NCBI RefSeq assembly: GCF_963921235.1
Contig: NC_086100.1
Coordinates: 204,292,001-204,356,000 of the forward strand
From: Mobula hypostoma
Lineage: Eukaryota
Reading direction: 5' to 3'
DNA length: 64,000 nucleotides
Notes under the pieces: model-generated
Database searches by the model: none
The model's input: the letters and a program-made list of their open reading frames with translations, nothing else
What the model was told of the DNA's origin: nothing
Shown here: piece after piece, positions 24,350-37,099 of the stretch
Numbering within the stretch: position 1 is the stretch's first letter
How the letters are laid out: every line of letters starts with the position of its first letter
Program-made: the position numbers and the translations under genes

Positions 24350-27300
24350 TGCATGTGACAGCTAGATGCTAATGGAGTGGCCAACTGAGGAGAATTTTGA
24401 AGTAATCTGGAGGACAAATAGAGAGTGCAGACATCAGCCTGAACATCGTTTGTCAGCCATGTGGATGGAAAATCAGTCTTCTGGTTCTCGGGAACAGCTT
24501 GTTGCTTGTCGAGAAATTATTTTGGCTCCTCTATTTAATGAAGCAAAAGCTTCATTTAGGAACATTTCGAAACTATTGCTCTGAGTTTAGAGTGGCAGAA
24601 AGAGAGATGGCCAGTGATGTTACAAAGTATAATTAGAGGCAAGGCACAATAAATTTATACAGCTTTAAATGCTGAGCAAGCTCTTGATTATGATATTGTG
24701 AAACAGCATATATTGAAAGCGTATGAGTTGGTTCCGGAAGCTTCTAGAGAAAGATTCAGAAATTTGAAGAAATCTATGGGAAAAAAACTTGCGTGGAATT
24801 TGCCTACGAGAAATCTGTGAGTTTTGAGAGATGGTTTTCCTCTAAAATCTGAATGGGGAGTATAATAAATTAAAAGAGTTAATTTTACTGGAGGAATTTA
24901 AAAGAAACATTTCTCTTGAAGTGAGGTCATACTTAAGTGAAAGGGACACTGCTACATTGCAGGAGTCTGCTAAATAAGTAAATGAGAATGATTCAATTCA
25001 TAAGAATAATTTTTCTCCAGGTAGGAAAAATAGCACAGAGACTCAAGGTAAACCAGGAATTAAATCTGAAGTTAGTGAGAACGGTAAGGATGAAGGGAGA
25101 TATGTGAAGGAAAGACATTTTGGTATTATTTGTAATTATTGTAAGAAACCTGGACATGTAATAGCTAACTGTTTTCGATTGAAAAGAAAGAGAAGGAAGC
25201 AGTCCCCGATGCTTGTGTGCAGCATATTGAAACACCTGTAAATCCACAGAGTTCGATAAATACCAATGAAGATTTGTCACAGTCTGACCAAGTTAAGAGG
25301 GGATATGAACATTTTACAATGAAGGATTTGTATCCTTGAAAGAGGGATCTCCTCCTGTACCAATATGAATACTTAGAGACACTGGAGCTTCTAAATCACT
25401 AATGTTAGACATTGTTCTAAATTTTAGTAATGAGTCTGACATTGGTGAGGTAAACTATATAAGAGGAGTTGCGCAAACAACAGGAATTCTGCAGAGGAGT
25501 TGTGAGTGCCTTTATGCCAGTACATTTGCATAGAGTAAATTTAAGGCCAGGGTTAGTTACAGGGCTTGTTAAAGTAGGACTACAGCCCAGTTTAGCTGTG
25601 AATGATGTTTCTCTTTTGTTACGGCATGACTTAACAGGTGAACTAGTTTTTCCTAAAGTACATTTGACAATAAAGCCTATTTCTGAGAAACCACAGAGGG
25701 ATTCTAACACAGATTCTCCCTGTGTTGTAACCCGAGCTATAGCTAAAAAGTCTGATGTACAGAATGAGGTTGTTACCCATGACAGTTCAACTGGGGATGT
25801 GAATTTTGAGGATGTGTCAGAAACTTTCTTACCTTCATCATTTGATCAGGATTTTGGTAGTACGTCTGACCATGAAGATTTATCTTTATCTCGGAAGGAG
25901 ATGATAGCAGAGCAGGGTAGAGATCCCGAGATAATCAAATTAAAGGAACAAGCTCTTCCAGATAGTGAAATTGAGAAAGTGGCAGTAGGATGTTATTTTG
26001 AAAAGGGGGTATTAATGAGAAAGTGGAGATCACCTACAATTCCTGCCAGTGAGGAATGGGAAGTTAATCACCAGGTAGTTATTCCTAAAGTTTATCGAAA
26101 TGAGATTTTAACTATGGCTCATAGTATGCCTTTGGGTGGTCATCAAGGTGTAAAGAAAACTATGAACAAGGTTTTTAAACATTTTTACTGGCCTAGTTTG
26201 AGAAAAGATGTGGTGACATTTCTCAGGACGTGTCATACGTGTCACATTGGTCACATTGTCGGTAAACTTAATGAAGTTACTCCAGTGGCCCCACTGCAAC
26301 CGACTCCAGCATTTGTTGGGCCGTTTTCCAAAATTATTATAGATTGTGTAGGCCCATTGCCAAAAACTAACACTGAACATCAATATTTGCTGACCATCAT
26401 GTGTATAGCATCTAGGTTTCCAGAGGCAATACCGCTTAGGAATATAACAGCAAAAACTGTGACAAAGGCTGTTATAAAATGTTTTACTTCTTTTGGGTTG
26501 CCTAAGGAAATACAATCTGAACAAGGTAGTAATTATATGTCTGGATTGTTTCAGCAGATAATTGATAAATTCGGAGCAAAACAGATTACCTCATCTGCAT
26601 ATCATCCAGAATCGCAAGGAGCCTTGGAGAGATTCCATTCTACCCTTAAAACTAAGGTTAGGACGTATTGTGTGCAAAATGAAAAGGACTGGGATGAAGG
26701 TGTACATTTACTACTTTTTGCAGTACGGGAGGCAGTGCAGGAATCATTAGGTTTTAGACCTTTTGAACTTGTGTTTTGGCATAGAGCTCGAGGACCTGTG
26801 GCCTTGTTGAAAGAACAGTGGATTAATAAAGAGGTTCACACTAATTTGCTGGATTACGTTTAGAAATTCAAGGAAAGATTACATAAAGTTTATAGCTTGG
26901 CCAAGGAAAATTTAAAATTGGCTCAGGAGAAGATGAAAACTTGGTATGATAAGGAAGCTAGAATGAGGTCATTAAAGTCTGTCGGTAAGGTGTTGGTATT
27001 TTCCCGGTGAAAACTTATCCATTACAAGAAAAATTTCATGGTCCTTATGAGATTTAATCTAAAGTAAATGATGTGGATTATGTGATGAAAACGCCAGATT
27101 CAAGAAATCCAACACAGCGGTGTCATATAAATATGAGAAAACCGTATTATGAGAAAGAGGCTGCGACTATGACTGTTGTGGTCAATAATGAGACTGATCT
27201 TTCTAAAGACGTAATGGATGATTCATCTGAAACGCATTTTAATCCCAAAATTATTTCAGCCACGTTAACAAATTCAACAATTTAGGAAAATATTGATGAG

Positions 27301-28369
27301 AAATTAGCTCATTTACAGCCAGAGCAGAGAGAGCAGATTAATTTTTAAATATAGCGATTTATTTCCAGATGTTCCTAGAAGAATCACCGTAGCTTCACAA
27401 GAAGTAGATGTTTGATATGCATAACCCATAAAACAGCATCTGTATCGGATAAATAAGGAAAATATGAACATGCTGAACAGGAAATTAAGTATATGTTAGA
27501 GAATAATATTATTAGACCTTCTAATTCAAATTGGAGTTCGCTGTGTGTTATGGTGCCTAAGCCAGACAGTAGTATTAGGTTTTGTACAGATTACAGGAAG
27601 GTGAATGCTGTGACTAAACCTGATGCATATCCAATCCCTAGGGTAGATGGTTGTGTGGATAAAGTTGGACAAGCAAAGTTCCTTGCAAAGATTGATTTGT
27701 TAAAAGGTTATTGGTGTGTTCCATTGACGGATAGAGGTAGAGAGAGTTCTGCAATTGTAACACCATCTGGGCTATATGAATATAATGTTCTTCCATTTGG
27801 GATGAAGAATGCACCAGGTACTTTCCAGAGGATGATTAATAGTGTGATTCATTGGTTAAAGGATACAGATGCCTATATAGATGATTTAGTTACAGGAAAT
27901 AATACTTGGAAAGCACATATTACTGCGGTTGAGAACCTATTTATGAGACTTTCAATAGCTAACTTATCTATTAACTTAGCTAAAAGTAAATTCGGTCTTG
28001 CCACGGTACCCTACCTTGGTTATGTTGTAGTTCCGGGCTCAGTTAAAGAAAATGGTTAAGGAAATAAATCAAACTCAAATTTAGCAACAAAGTTTGATGT
28101 TACAGGAATATAATATTTTGAGAACTCATATTAAAGAAAGATAGTGTGATCACTGATTGTCTCTCTAGATGTTAAATGTACAATGTAAATATTTTTATGG
28201 AGTGATATTTTAACCTTTTTAACACTCCTACTGTATATTAGTTTGTAAAAGGCTGTATGCTGATACTGTGTATACTGTGTATGTTGTAAATTTTATACTT
28301 TGTTCTTTTTCTGTAAATAGTTAATTGTTAAAATTTTGCTCCTAAAAGACCTTATTTTTTAGAGGGACG
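24350..28369 (+). mobile_element. Gmr1-clade Gypsy internal region (gag-PR-IN-RT order), degraded, RNase H deleted
   Basis: SCAN-like LILLEEFKRNISLEVRSYL; knuckle CNYCKKPGHVIANC at about 25130; protease ILRDTGAS at about 25370; integrase in ORF 25469-26863 (H-H-C-C, IDCVGPLP, SAYHPESQGALERF); RT 27493-28059 (RFCTDYRKVN, LPFGMKNAP, YIDD). Confidence 0.9.
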
Positions 28370-29242
28370 TGCTACGTACTTCATGGATATCTTGTGATTG
28401 TCTTATGAGAATAATGTAATGGTCTTGCGGAGGTCACATGATGTAATTTTCTCCCGGATGTGAGGTCATGTGATGACCTGTTCTCACCAGGTATATAAAT
28501 GTTGACCCCTGGTGACGCATTTAGTTTTCAGTTAGATCGACAGTCAGATACCCCACTACGTTGCGTATTAATCTCATGACGTAGTATAGTTTTAAAACGG
28601 AGTTCTACTTTTTCTTGTACGGTACAGAAGTGTTGGGCCGGTAGTTTCACCAATAGCTGCCAGATTTGTTGACGTACCTTTTCAGTAATATTGGAGAGTG
28701 AAGACCGGAACCTGAAGGAGACGTTCGGCGGTTTTGTAGCGGATCGACCATTATTGAATTCGTTCAAGTAAGAGTGATCTGCATAAGACAACCTCTGCCA
28801 AAAGACGCAGAAAAGGTTGTGCAGTATCTAGTCTACTCTACAGAGAAAAAGGTCAGTGCATTTAAACCGTTTTATTTCCGACGTCGTGAATCCTCCGGAC
28901 AAGGCAGGTTTCGGCTGGGATCGGCAGTAACGTTGTATCTCCGAGGAATTCTTTACTTCAGGAAAGTCTCTCCTAATTGACTGTATAAATATCTTTGACT
29001 TTTAAATTTACCATTCTAGGAACTGTGTGCCAATTTACCACTTTAAGAACTGTTTCGTATTTACAGCTTTAAGAACTAGTACTGAGTAGCGGGTTGTTAA
29101 ATGGCCGCATAGCAGTTTACTTCCGTTTAAGGTTTTCGTTTGTTTATTTTTTTACTAATATTGAGCAGAGTTTAATAAATAATTGTTTGTTTGTATAAAA
29201 CCTGACTCAATTTCATTGTTCATTGTTTCCGGTCACGTGACA
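28370..29242 (+). mobile_element. 3' LTR of the Gmr1-like element
   Basis: Purine tract AGAGGGACG, then TGCTACGT...ACGTGACA termini; TATATAAA at about 28492; AATAAA at about 29174. Confidence 0.8.
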
Positions 29243-29399
29243 TAACACCCTGGCGCAGACCATCTTGCGGGAACCTGCAAATGCTCCAGTAGTAAAGGCC
29301 CATCACCATACATTCTTCTATCTTTTTGTTGACCTGCTCATAAACTCAGTTCAATTAGCGAGACATTATCCGGCTCTTCAGAATCCCTTCCATGCATTC

Positions 29400-30235
29400 T
29401 CATCAATAATACGAGGCTCATTGGCCCTCAGTTCCCCAGCTCCTCCTTATAGCCCATCGCAAATAACAGCAATCCTCTCGTCCTATGGTACGTCTTCGAT
29501 CTCTGTCGAATGTAGAACGATCTTTGCCAGAGGCGTTGCTTCTCAGGAGACTCTATGAAAGGCTGTGAACATCCAGAGGTTTGTCCATCCATCTGCTCGT
29601 CAGGTGCAACACACCTCTTGTGCTCAGCTCCTGTTCCTGTGCAGCCCTCCGCCCGGCCATTTCGCCATTGATTAGACTTTCTTATGTCAGCCACCTCTGA
29701 TAGCTGGCGATAGTACCTCACACGTGCAGTGGCTTGCCTTCCATGGCCTCTAGTCCTCTGGCTCTGGTTCACCCTCTTCTATTTCCATATCCCCTGCCCG
29801 CTGTGTGCGATATTCCCCTAGGTGCTGAGGGACCATCTTCCTGATATATTCATGGGTATTTCTCATTTCTTCCACGACTGTGGCCTTGATGCTTCCAAGT
29901 CCCCGTCATCCTTTCCTCCAGTGAGTGTATTGTCGCTCGACGATGGACTTTGGATAGAATCCTCCATGTCTTGTTAGTAGTCTCCGGGTCTTGATATCAG
30001 CAGCTTCCAGTTCGCTCCTTGGCCAGCACGGTATTGTGACTGGGTATCCGATGACTGCTGGGGCGAATGTATTCATGGCTCCAATCTTCTTCTTCCCATT
30101 CAGCTGGCCTTTTAGAACCTGTCTCACTCTTTGGAGTACTTGAAACTTTCAGTATTGATTGTGTCCTCATCCTGGCTTCCATGCGTCGGCAGGATCCCCA
30201 GGTATTTGCAGCTGTCTTGCAGATCTGCCGTATTG
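29400..30235 (-). mobile_element. R4/Dong (Rex6-like) non-LTR retrotransposon fragment
   Basis: RQVLKGQLNGKKKIGAMNTFAPAVIGYP..WPRSELEAADIKTRRLLTRHGGFYPKS. Confidence 0.8.
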
Positions 30236-30259
30236 CCCTCAACTTATTAAAGCAAATGT

Positions 30260-30815
30260 GCTAAGAGCTGTCTTTACGATCCAACCTAACCTTGATGTCA
30301 CTTTCAATAAATTATATATCTGTACTCACAGATCGGTCTGTTCTACCACACTCTTCAGTTCCATATTGATAACCATATAACTCCTAACCCAGCTTTTCCA
30401 CCCATGAGAAACACCCCAGACTTGACTGCATTAAATTCCTTCTCCCATATTTGTGAAATCTTTTCCAAATTGCAGGCTTTGTCAGCCAGCCTTACTGTCC
30501 ACTACCGTTCACGCCTTGCTGTCATACACAAACTGGCTGATTCAGTTTACCAGTTCATCACCTAGATCGTTGATACAGATGCCCTGCAACAATAGGCACA
30601 AAACAGAGCCGTTCGGCACAACGCTAGTCACAGGCCTCCAGTCAGAGAAACACCCATCTACAACCCCTCTTTGGCTATTCCGGCGAAGCCACTGACTAAA
30701 CAAATTTACTACCTCATTCTGAATGACAGTTGGAACTGATTAAGCAAACTCCCAAGCGGGTCATTGGCAAAGGTGTTGCTAAAGTCCATGTAGACAACAT
30801 TCACGGCCTTTCAGC
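30260..30815 (-). mobile_element. Old CR1 RT relic
   Basis: ctagtcacaggcctccagtcagagaaacacc and gctaaagtccatgtagacaac match the CR1 RT on the reverse strand. Confidence 0.7.
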
Positions 30816-30839
30816 TAACTATCGTCTCCTGGCCATGGT

Positions 30840-31260
30840 ATTTCAAACTTTGACACTGATGTGTGATGGACAGCCAGTTGCCTCACGGTTGAATGGAATC
30901 ACCAAAGCCTGTGAACGGAAAACCCTGTAAAAAGTATTCGACACGCCCAGTCCATCGCTGAAAAAGCCTAACTCCCGAGGGTGAGCACATCTAAACAGAG
31001 CGCTAGAAAACAGTGTAAATCACCACCGAGCTCGCCATTCAGGCGATGTTCAGTTCTCGCGATTGCCATCAGAACAAGCTACAGGAGTCTCGGGTCCTAC
31101 GCCACCAGGTTCACGAACAGTTATTACCCTTAACAATCAGGTCTTGTGCTGGAGGGGAAAACTTCACACAGATTCACTCGCCCCATCACTGACCTTTTCC
31201 AACAACATAGAGATCCCCTCTTAAAGGATCGTCAGCTGAAGTTCTCAATATTTATTATTC
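30840..31260 (+). mobile_element. Rex1/Babar-like LINE 3' fragment
   Basis: LPS..YRSLGSYATRFTNSYYP-like C-terminal motif at about 31065-31135. Confidence 0.6.
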
Positions 31261-32435
31261 AGCCTTTTGACAAGGTCCCACACAGGAGATTAGTGTGCAA
31301 ACTTAAAGCACATGGTATTGGGGGTAAGGTATTGGTGTGGGTGGAGAATTGGTTAGCAGACAGGAAGCAAAGAGTGGGAATAAACGGGACCTTTTCAAAA
31401 TGGCAGGCGGTGACTAGTGGGGTACCGCAAGGCTCAGTGCTGGGACCCCAGTTGTTTACAATATATATTAATGACTTGGATGAGGGAATTAAATGCAGCA
31501 TCTCCAAGATTGCGGATGACACGAAGCTGGGTGGCAGTGTTAGCTGTGAGGAGGATGCTAAGAGGATGCAGAGTGACTTGGATAGGTTGGGTGAGTGGGC
31601 AAATTCATGGCAGATGCAATAATGTGGATAAATGTGAAGTTATCCACTTTGGTGGCAAAAATAGGAAAACAGATTATTATCTGAATGGTGGCCGATTAGG
31701 AAAAGGGGAGGTGCAACGAGACCTGGGTGTCATTATACACCAGTCATTGAAAGTGGGCATGCAGGTACAGCAGGCAGTGAAAAAGGCGAATGGTATGCTG
31801 GCATTTATAGCGAGAGGATTCGAGTACAGGAGTAGGGAGGTACTACTGCAGTTGTACAAGGCCTTGGTGAGACCACACCTGGAGTATTGTGTGCAGTTTT
31901 GGTCCCCTAATCTGAGGAAAGACATCTTTGCCATAGAGGAAGTACAAAGAAGGTTTACCAGATTGATTCCTGGAATGGCAGGACTTTCATATGAAGAAAG
32001 ACTGGATGAACTGGGCTTGTGCTCGTTGGAATTTAGAAGATTGAGGGGGGATCTGATTGAAACATATAAGATCCTAAAGGGATTGGACAGGCTAGATGCA
32101 GGAAGATTGTTCCCGATGTTGGGGAAGTCCAGAACGAGGGGCCACAGTTTGAGGATAGAGGGGAAGCCTTTTAGGACCGAGATTAGGAAAAACTTCTTCA
32201 CACAGAGAGTGGTGAATCTGTGGAATTCTCTGCCACAGGAAACAGTTGAGGCCAGTTCATTGGCTATATTTAAGAGGGAGTTAGATATGACCCTTGTGGC
32301 TACGGGGATCAGGGGGTATGGAGGGAAGGCTGGGGCGGGGTTCTGAGTTGGATGATCAGCCATGATCATAATAAATGGCGGTGCAGGCTCGAAGGGCCGA
32401 ATGGCCTACTCCTGCACCTATTTTCTATGTTTCTA
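31261..32435 (+). mobile_element. CR1 LINE 3' part (GGKAGAGF subfamily)
   Basis: [25 protein letters not shown]; ttctatg tail. Confidence 0.95.
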
Positions 32436-32609
32436 TTTATCTCTTTATTTATCATGATATTATCACTATCATTATTTTATTAGGACAACGTGTCTGACAG
32501 GAAATAATAAAATGCTAGCTATGTTGTGGTTTGTGGGTATGTTGTGGAGCGGAAATTCTGATGAGTCTTACAGCATGGGGAAAGTAACTTACTGAGTCTA
32601 GTCCTCCTT

Positions 32610-32785
32610 CAGCACAGTAAGGTCCCCCGGACAATTTTTCAAGGTCAGGTAGCACTTCACCTGATCTATTGTGGCCTTCTCCACATTTGCGAAGCCTGTG
32701 ATAAACTGGGCTTCATTTCGTCGAGCAGCAGCGCTCTAGCCGTGAAAAGCGAAGATATCCGGTGTCCAAACATTTGAATTCTGGT
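32610..32785 (+). mobile_element. Penelope-like element GIY-YIG endonuclease relic
   Basis: aaggtcaggtagcacttcacctg..ctattg..ggccttctccacatttgcgaa..ttcgtcgagca..ccggtgtccaaacatttgaattc (HFT..LHI.E..F.E..V.KHLN-like, degenerate). Confidence 0.55.
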
Positions 32786-33185
32786 TCTCAAACCGACCTG
32801 ATATTTTTTACACAGAAAGTGGTGGATGCATGGAATGCACTGCCGGCTATTTGTGTGAGAGTGTTTCAGTTACTGTGGAGCCAGAAACCCGTGCAGCTCA
32901 GTGGGAACAGGGAATAATACCAATGGAGGGAATTAAACTGAGCCAGGTCACAGATTGGAGATGACAGAAATGCCCCATTCTTATAGAGACAGGACGAGCA
33001 TCAGGGAATTTGATGGTCATTCCAGATACCAGCACTGTGCCCAGTTAGAAGATGATTTCTCTCTGCAACTTGGGTTGAACTTCACTGTAACAGTGAGATG
33101 CTAGATCACACCGTGACAGCTCAAGGGATTTCATCTGAAATCTTGTCCTACACCCAGTGATGTATTTTGTAAATCTTTTTACAGG

Positions 33186-34310
33186 TTACAAATGACAAGG
33201 AATTTGTCTACGGGAATATTGAACACAGCACACCAGTTTTGCTGTCTCCGTCCAGATATTTAAGAAGTGTAGCAAGGGATTCACTCGAACTTCCTTCCTG
33301 CTCAGAATGTGGGGAGGGATTCACTCGATCATCTGACTGACTGGTACGTCCGTCATTTTACACAGGGGGGAACCCATTCATCTGCTCAGACAGTGGGAAT
33401 GGATTCAGTCGGTCATCTTAACTGAAGGTACATCAGCAAGTTCACACTGGGCAAGGCTATTCATGTGTTCTGTATGTGAGAAGGGATTTAGTCGGTCTTT
33501 CCACCTGTGGACACGCCATTCAGTTCACACTGGGCAGAGGCTGGTCATCTGAAAAATTTGTGGGGAAGGATTCACTCGGTCATCTGACCAAATGGCTCAC
33601 CAGCGAGTTCACATCGTGGAGCGGCTGTTCATCTGCTCGGACTGTGGGAAGGGATTCACTCAGGCACATCACCTACGGAGACACCAGTCAGTTCACACTA
33701 GGGAGAGGCCGTTCACCTGCTCAGTCTGTGGGAAGACATTCACTCAGTTATCGAACCTACAGAGTCACCAATGAGTTCACACTGGAGAGAGGCCGTACAC
33801 CTGCTCAGACTGTGGAACGAGATTCACTCAGTCATGCCAACTAATGATACACCAGACAGTTCACACTGCAGTGAGGGACTTCACCTGCCCAGACTGTGGG
33901 AAGACACTTACTCAGTTATCGAACCTACAGAGTCACCAACGAGTTCACACTGGGGAAAGGCCGTTCACCTGCTCAGATTGTGGGAAGGGATTCACTCAGT
34001 CATCTTATCTGCTGGTACACCAGCGAGTTCACACTGGGGAGAGGCCTCTTACCTGCTGTGAATGTGGGGAGGGATTCGCTCGGTCATCTCATCTACTGAA
34101 ACACCAGCGAGTACACACCGGTTAGAGGCCAATCACCTGCTCAGAATCTGCGAAGAGATTATCACAGCCATCTCCACCAAGTGTGCATCATTGAGTTCAC
34201 ACCGAGGAGAGGCCGTTCACCTGCTGTGAGTGTGGGAGGGGATTCACTCAGTTATCTAACCTTGTGATACACTACCGTGTTCACACTGGAAAGAAGGTTT
34301 CAATAAGCTG
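33186..34310 (+). pseudogene. C2H2 (Kruppel-type) zinc-finger array exon, disrupted
   Basis: Acceptor TTTTTACAG at 33185; about 12 fingers with [16 protein letters not shown] linkers; in-frame stops at 33419, 33772, 34123 and about 34192; AATAAA at about 34502. Confidence 0.85.
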
Positions 34311-35632
34311 CATGCTGCATATCTGTCCATCACCGTTGCTGAATGCAATTTCGAGAGTGACTGTCGGTGCTGAACTCGGCAATTATTGCTGCTGCTCACC
34401 ACACCCAGTTCTGCACCCTGGTCACTGGGCATGAGAGGAGTTAATTCTGCCGCACATTAACATTTAATGGGACTGGAGTTTAATATTCTAGATCTGAGAC
34501 AAATAAATCAGTTTCATTTTAAGCTCTGTCTCCGGTACTTAGTGAATTTATAACACACCTAGTGTACAATACAGAGTCAATTCAGGCCTGCTGGACCCTG
34601 CCAGTGATTCAGTTCCACGACAGTCCTTTTAAATCCTCCCCTGTTGTTCTCCTCTGGTTCTCCTTGTGGGATGGGTTCCAAACAGTCACCACTCTGTGGG
34701 TGAAGAGGTTTCCCTTGACTTCTCTGCAGACTGCAGAAGTCGAGCTGACTGCAGCCATGTCTGAGATTTTCTTCGCCCCTGAAGTATCTGGGCTGACGAA
34801 GAATGAGATTTGGATTTACCGTCCTTATTCAGGGCTCATTTCCACATTATGGGTCGTTTTCCCTGCTTCTAAAGGGTTGTTAGAAAACACCACTGTCCTT
34901 TAAAGTCTGAAAGCAGAGTGGGAAACCAGAAACTAGAGGCGGGTCTGCACAGGGCAGAGTTTGGGGCTCTGGACTATGGTCAGGGTAAGAACATATGATG
35001 AGGAAAAGGGAATCAAAGCGAGGTGTGTCAACAAATGACAGAGTAGCAACATTTGGAAGCTAATTGGCAGAGAAAATAACTCAGTTGTCTGACTGATGAC
35101 ACAAACAATTCTTGCGGTGAGGTGCTCCACTGGTCAAGGAACATGTGTGTGTTGGGAATGGTTTTATCTATAGAGGGAGTTGTTCCTGCTTGTTTATCCT
35201 GTAATATTATATCCGGATGGTTATTTTAGATTATCCTATCTGCAATGATGTACTGATTATCATATAAATTGTAAGATTCTGTCTGTAACTGGATCAGGCT
35301 TGAATTTATTGTGCCTTAATGAAGTTAACGTGGTCATTCATAAGATTGTTTTTTAAAGCAGGATTTTGGTGAATGATACTTGCCACTTGATTGTGCCTGC
35401 ATAAGTAATCAGATTGAGTTCAGCTGCTGCAGGATCTGGGAATGTTTTGGATTGTGTCTTGTTTCTCTTGGCATTTTCTGCATTTATTGCCTTGTTTGTT
35501 TGTATTCAATGTATTTTTGTTAACCACGTTGTCCTGTATTCTTGAAAGGAGCCCCTCTGTTTCTTGGAAGAGGTCTCCAACTCTCAGTCAGGTGCTCGAT
35601 GCTTCCTTGTCAACATCTGGTCTGCTCAGATT

Positions 35633-35728
35633 ACACACATCAAAGTTGCTGGTGAACGCAGCAGGCCAGGTAGCATCTCTAGGAAGACGTACAGTCAACG
35701 TTTCAGGCCGAGACCCTTCGTCAGGACT
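35633..35728 (-). mobile_element. 96-bp Penelope-derived insertion containing a minimal hammerhead ribozyme
   Basis: Absent from the paralogous site at 38441-38455; flanked by GATT on both sides. Confidence 0.75.
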
Positions 35729-35729
35729 G
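35692..35729 (-). ncRNA. Minimal type I hammerhead ribozyme (Penelope-like)
   Basis: CAGTC-CTGACGA-A-GGGTC-TC-GGCCT-GAAA-CG-TT-GACTG: stem I CAGTC/GACTG, intact core, palindromic ACGT in place of stem III. Confidence 0.72.
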
Positions 35730-36244
35730 ATTTTGTTGGGATGTCTCCCATGGAGGGTCATACTCATTCCACTGGTTAATGTTTTCTTCCATAGTGATGA
35801 TTTACTTTTTTCTGAGTTAGCTTCTCATTTAAGTTTTCTGGTCTGTACTTCATATCACGATTGCATATACCCACATGGAGTGCTAAATCCTGTTCATTTT
35901 TGATTAAAATATGTACTTAGAAGTTTTATCTGACTGTTGTGTGATTTATTTTTCATGTGTGTTATTCCTGTTCCTCCTTCTGTCCAAGGTAGTGATAATC
36001 TAAGTGGATTTGAGTGTAAATAGTCTTTTCTAAAGTTGTCATTTCAGTTCTTATTTATCTTTGTAAATTATACTGATTGAAATGGGACCAAGATATTTTC
36101 ATTAAAAAAAGTCAATGTGTGTATTAACAAAAGTATTTTGTTGCATTTGTTAACTATTGAGCTCTGTTTGGCAGGGTTTTGTAAGCCTTGAACTAAATTT
36201 TGCAAAGTTTTCCCGATGTTGCACAACTTTCTATTGTTTTATAT

Positions 36245-36905
36245 AGATATAGAATATAGAATAGTACAGCACAGTACAGGCCCTTCGGCCCACAATGTTG
36301 TGCCGACCGTCAATCCCTGCCTCCCATATAACCCCCCACCTCAAATTCCTCCATATACCTGTCCAGTAATCTCTTACACTTCACTAGTGTATCTGCCTCC
36401 ACCACTGACTCAGGCAGTGCATTCCACACACCAACCAATCTCTGAGTAAAAAACCTTCCTCTAATATCCCCCTTGAGCTTCCCACCCCTTACCTTAAAGC
36501 CATGTCCTCTTGTATTGAGCAGTGGTGCGCTGGGGAAGAGGCGCTGGCTATCCACTCTATCTATTCCTCTTATTATCTTGTACACCTCTATCATGTCTCC
36601 TCTCATCCTCCTTCTCTCCAAAGAGTAAAGCCCTAGCTCCCTTAATCTCTGATCATAATGCATACTTCCTAAACCAGGCAGCATCCTGGTAAATCTCCTC
36701 AGTACCCTTTCCAATGCTTCCACATCCTTCCTATAGTGAGGTGACCAGAACTGGACACAATGCTCCAAGTGTGGCCTAACCAGAGTTTTATAGAGCTGCA
36801 TCATTACATCGCGACTCTTAAACTCTATCCCGCGACTTATGAAAGCTAACACCCCATAAGCTTTCTTAACTACCCTATCCACCTGTGAGGCAACTTTCAG
36901 GGATC
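36245..36905 (-). mobile_element. CR1 3' fragment (same subfamily as 2391-4750), in duplicate copy 1 only
   Basis: SLKVASQVDRVVKKAYG..GGYMGGRD with 3' tail. Confidence 0.92.
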
Positions 36906-37099
36906 TTTTTGCTTGTTGATTTTCCAGATAAGTGGTTATCAAGAGTCCTCTTTTTGCTTGTTGATTTTCCAGATATGTGGTTATCAATAGTCCCAAAGAA
37001 TGGTCTTGGCCCGTAGATGCTGCCTGACATGCTGAGCTCCTCCAGTACTTTGTGTGTAGTTCCCTCGATGTCTCGCATCTGCAGGCCCTCTTGTTTCCC

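Larger units (their letters stand above)
34990..36240 (-). mobile_element. R4/Dong-clade relic with CCHC/RHN motif and restriction-like endonuclease, copy 1
   Basis: - strand LSLPWTEGGTG, TIQNIPRSCSS*TQSDYLCRHNQVA, NNHPDIILQDKQAGTT..ID..IP. Confidence 0.7.

Noticed and set aside
31677..32369. Long antisense ORFs (also 3056-3454, 18812-19432, 19641-20102, 60384-61043)
   Set aside because: They are shadow frames on the opposite strand of CR1 ORF2 and recur in every copy.
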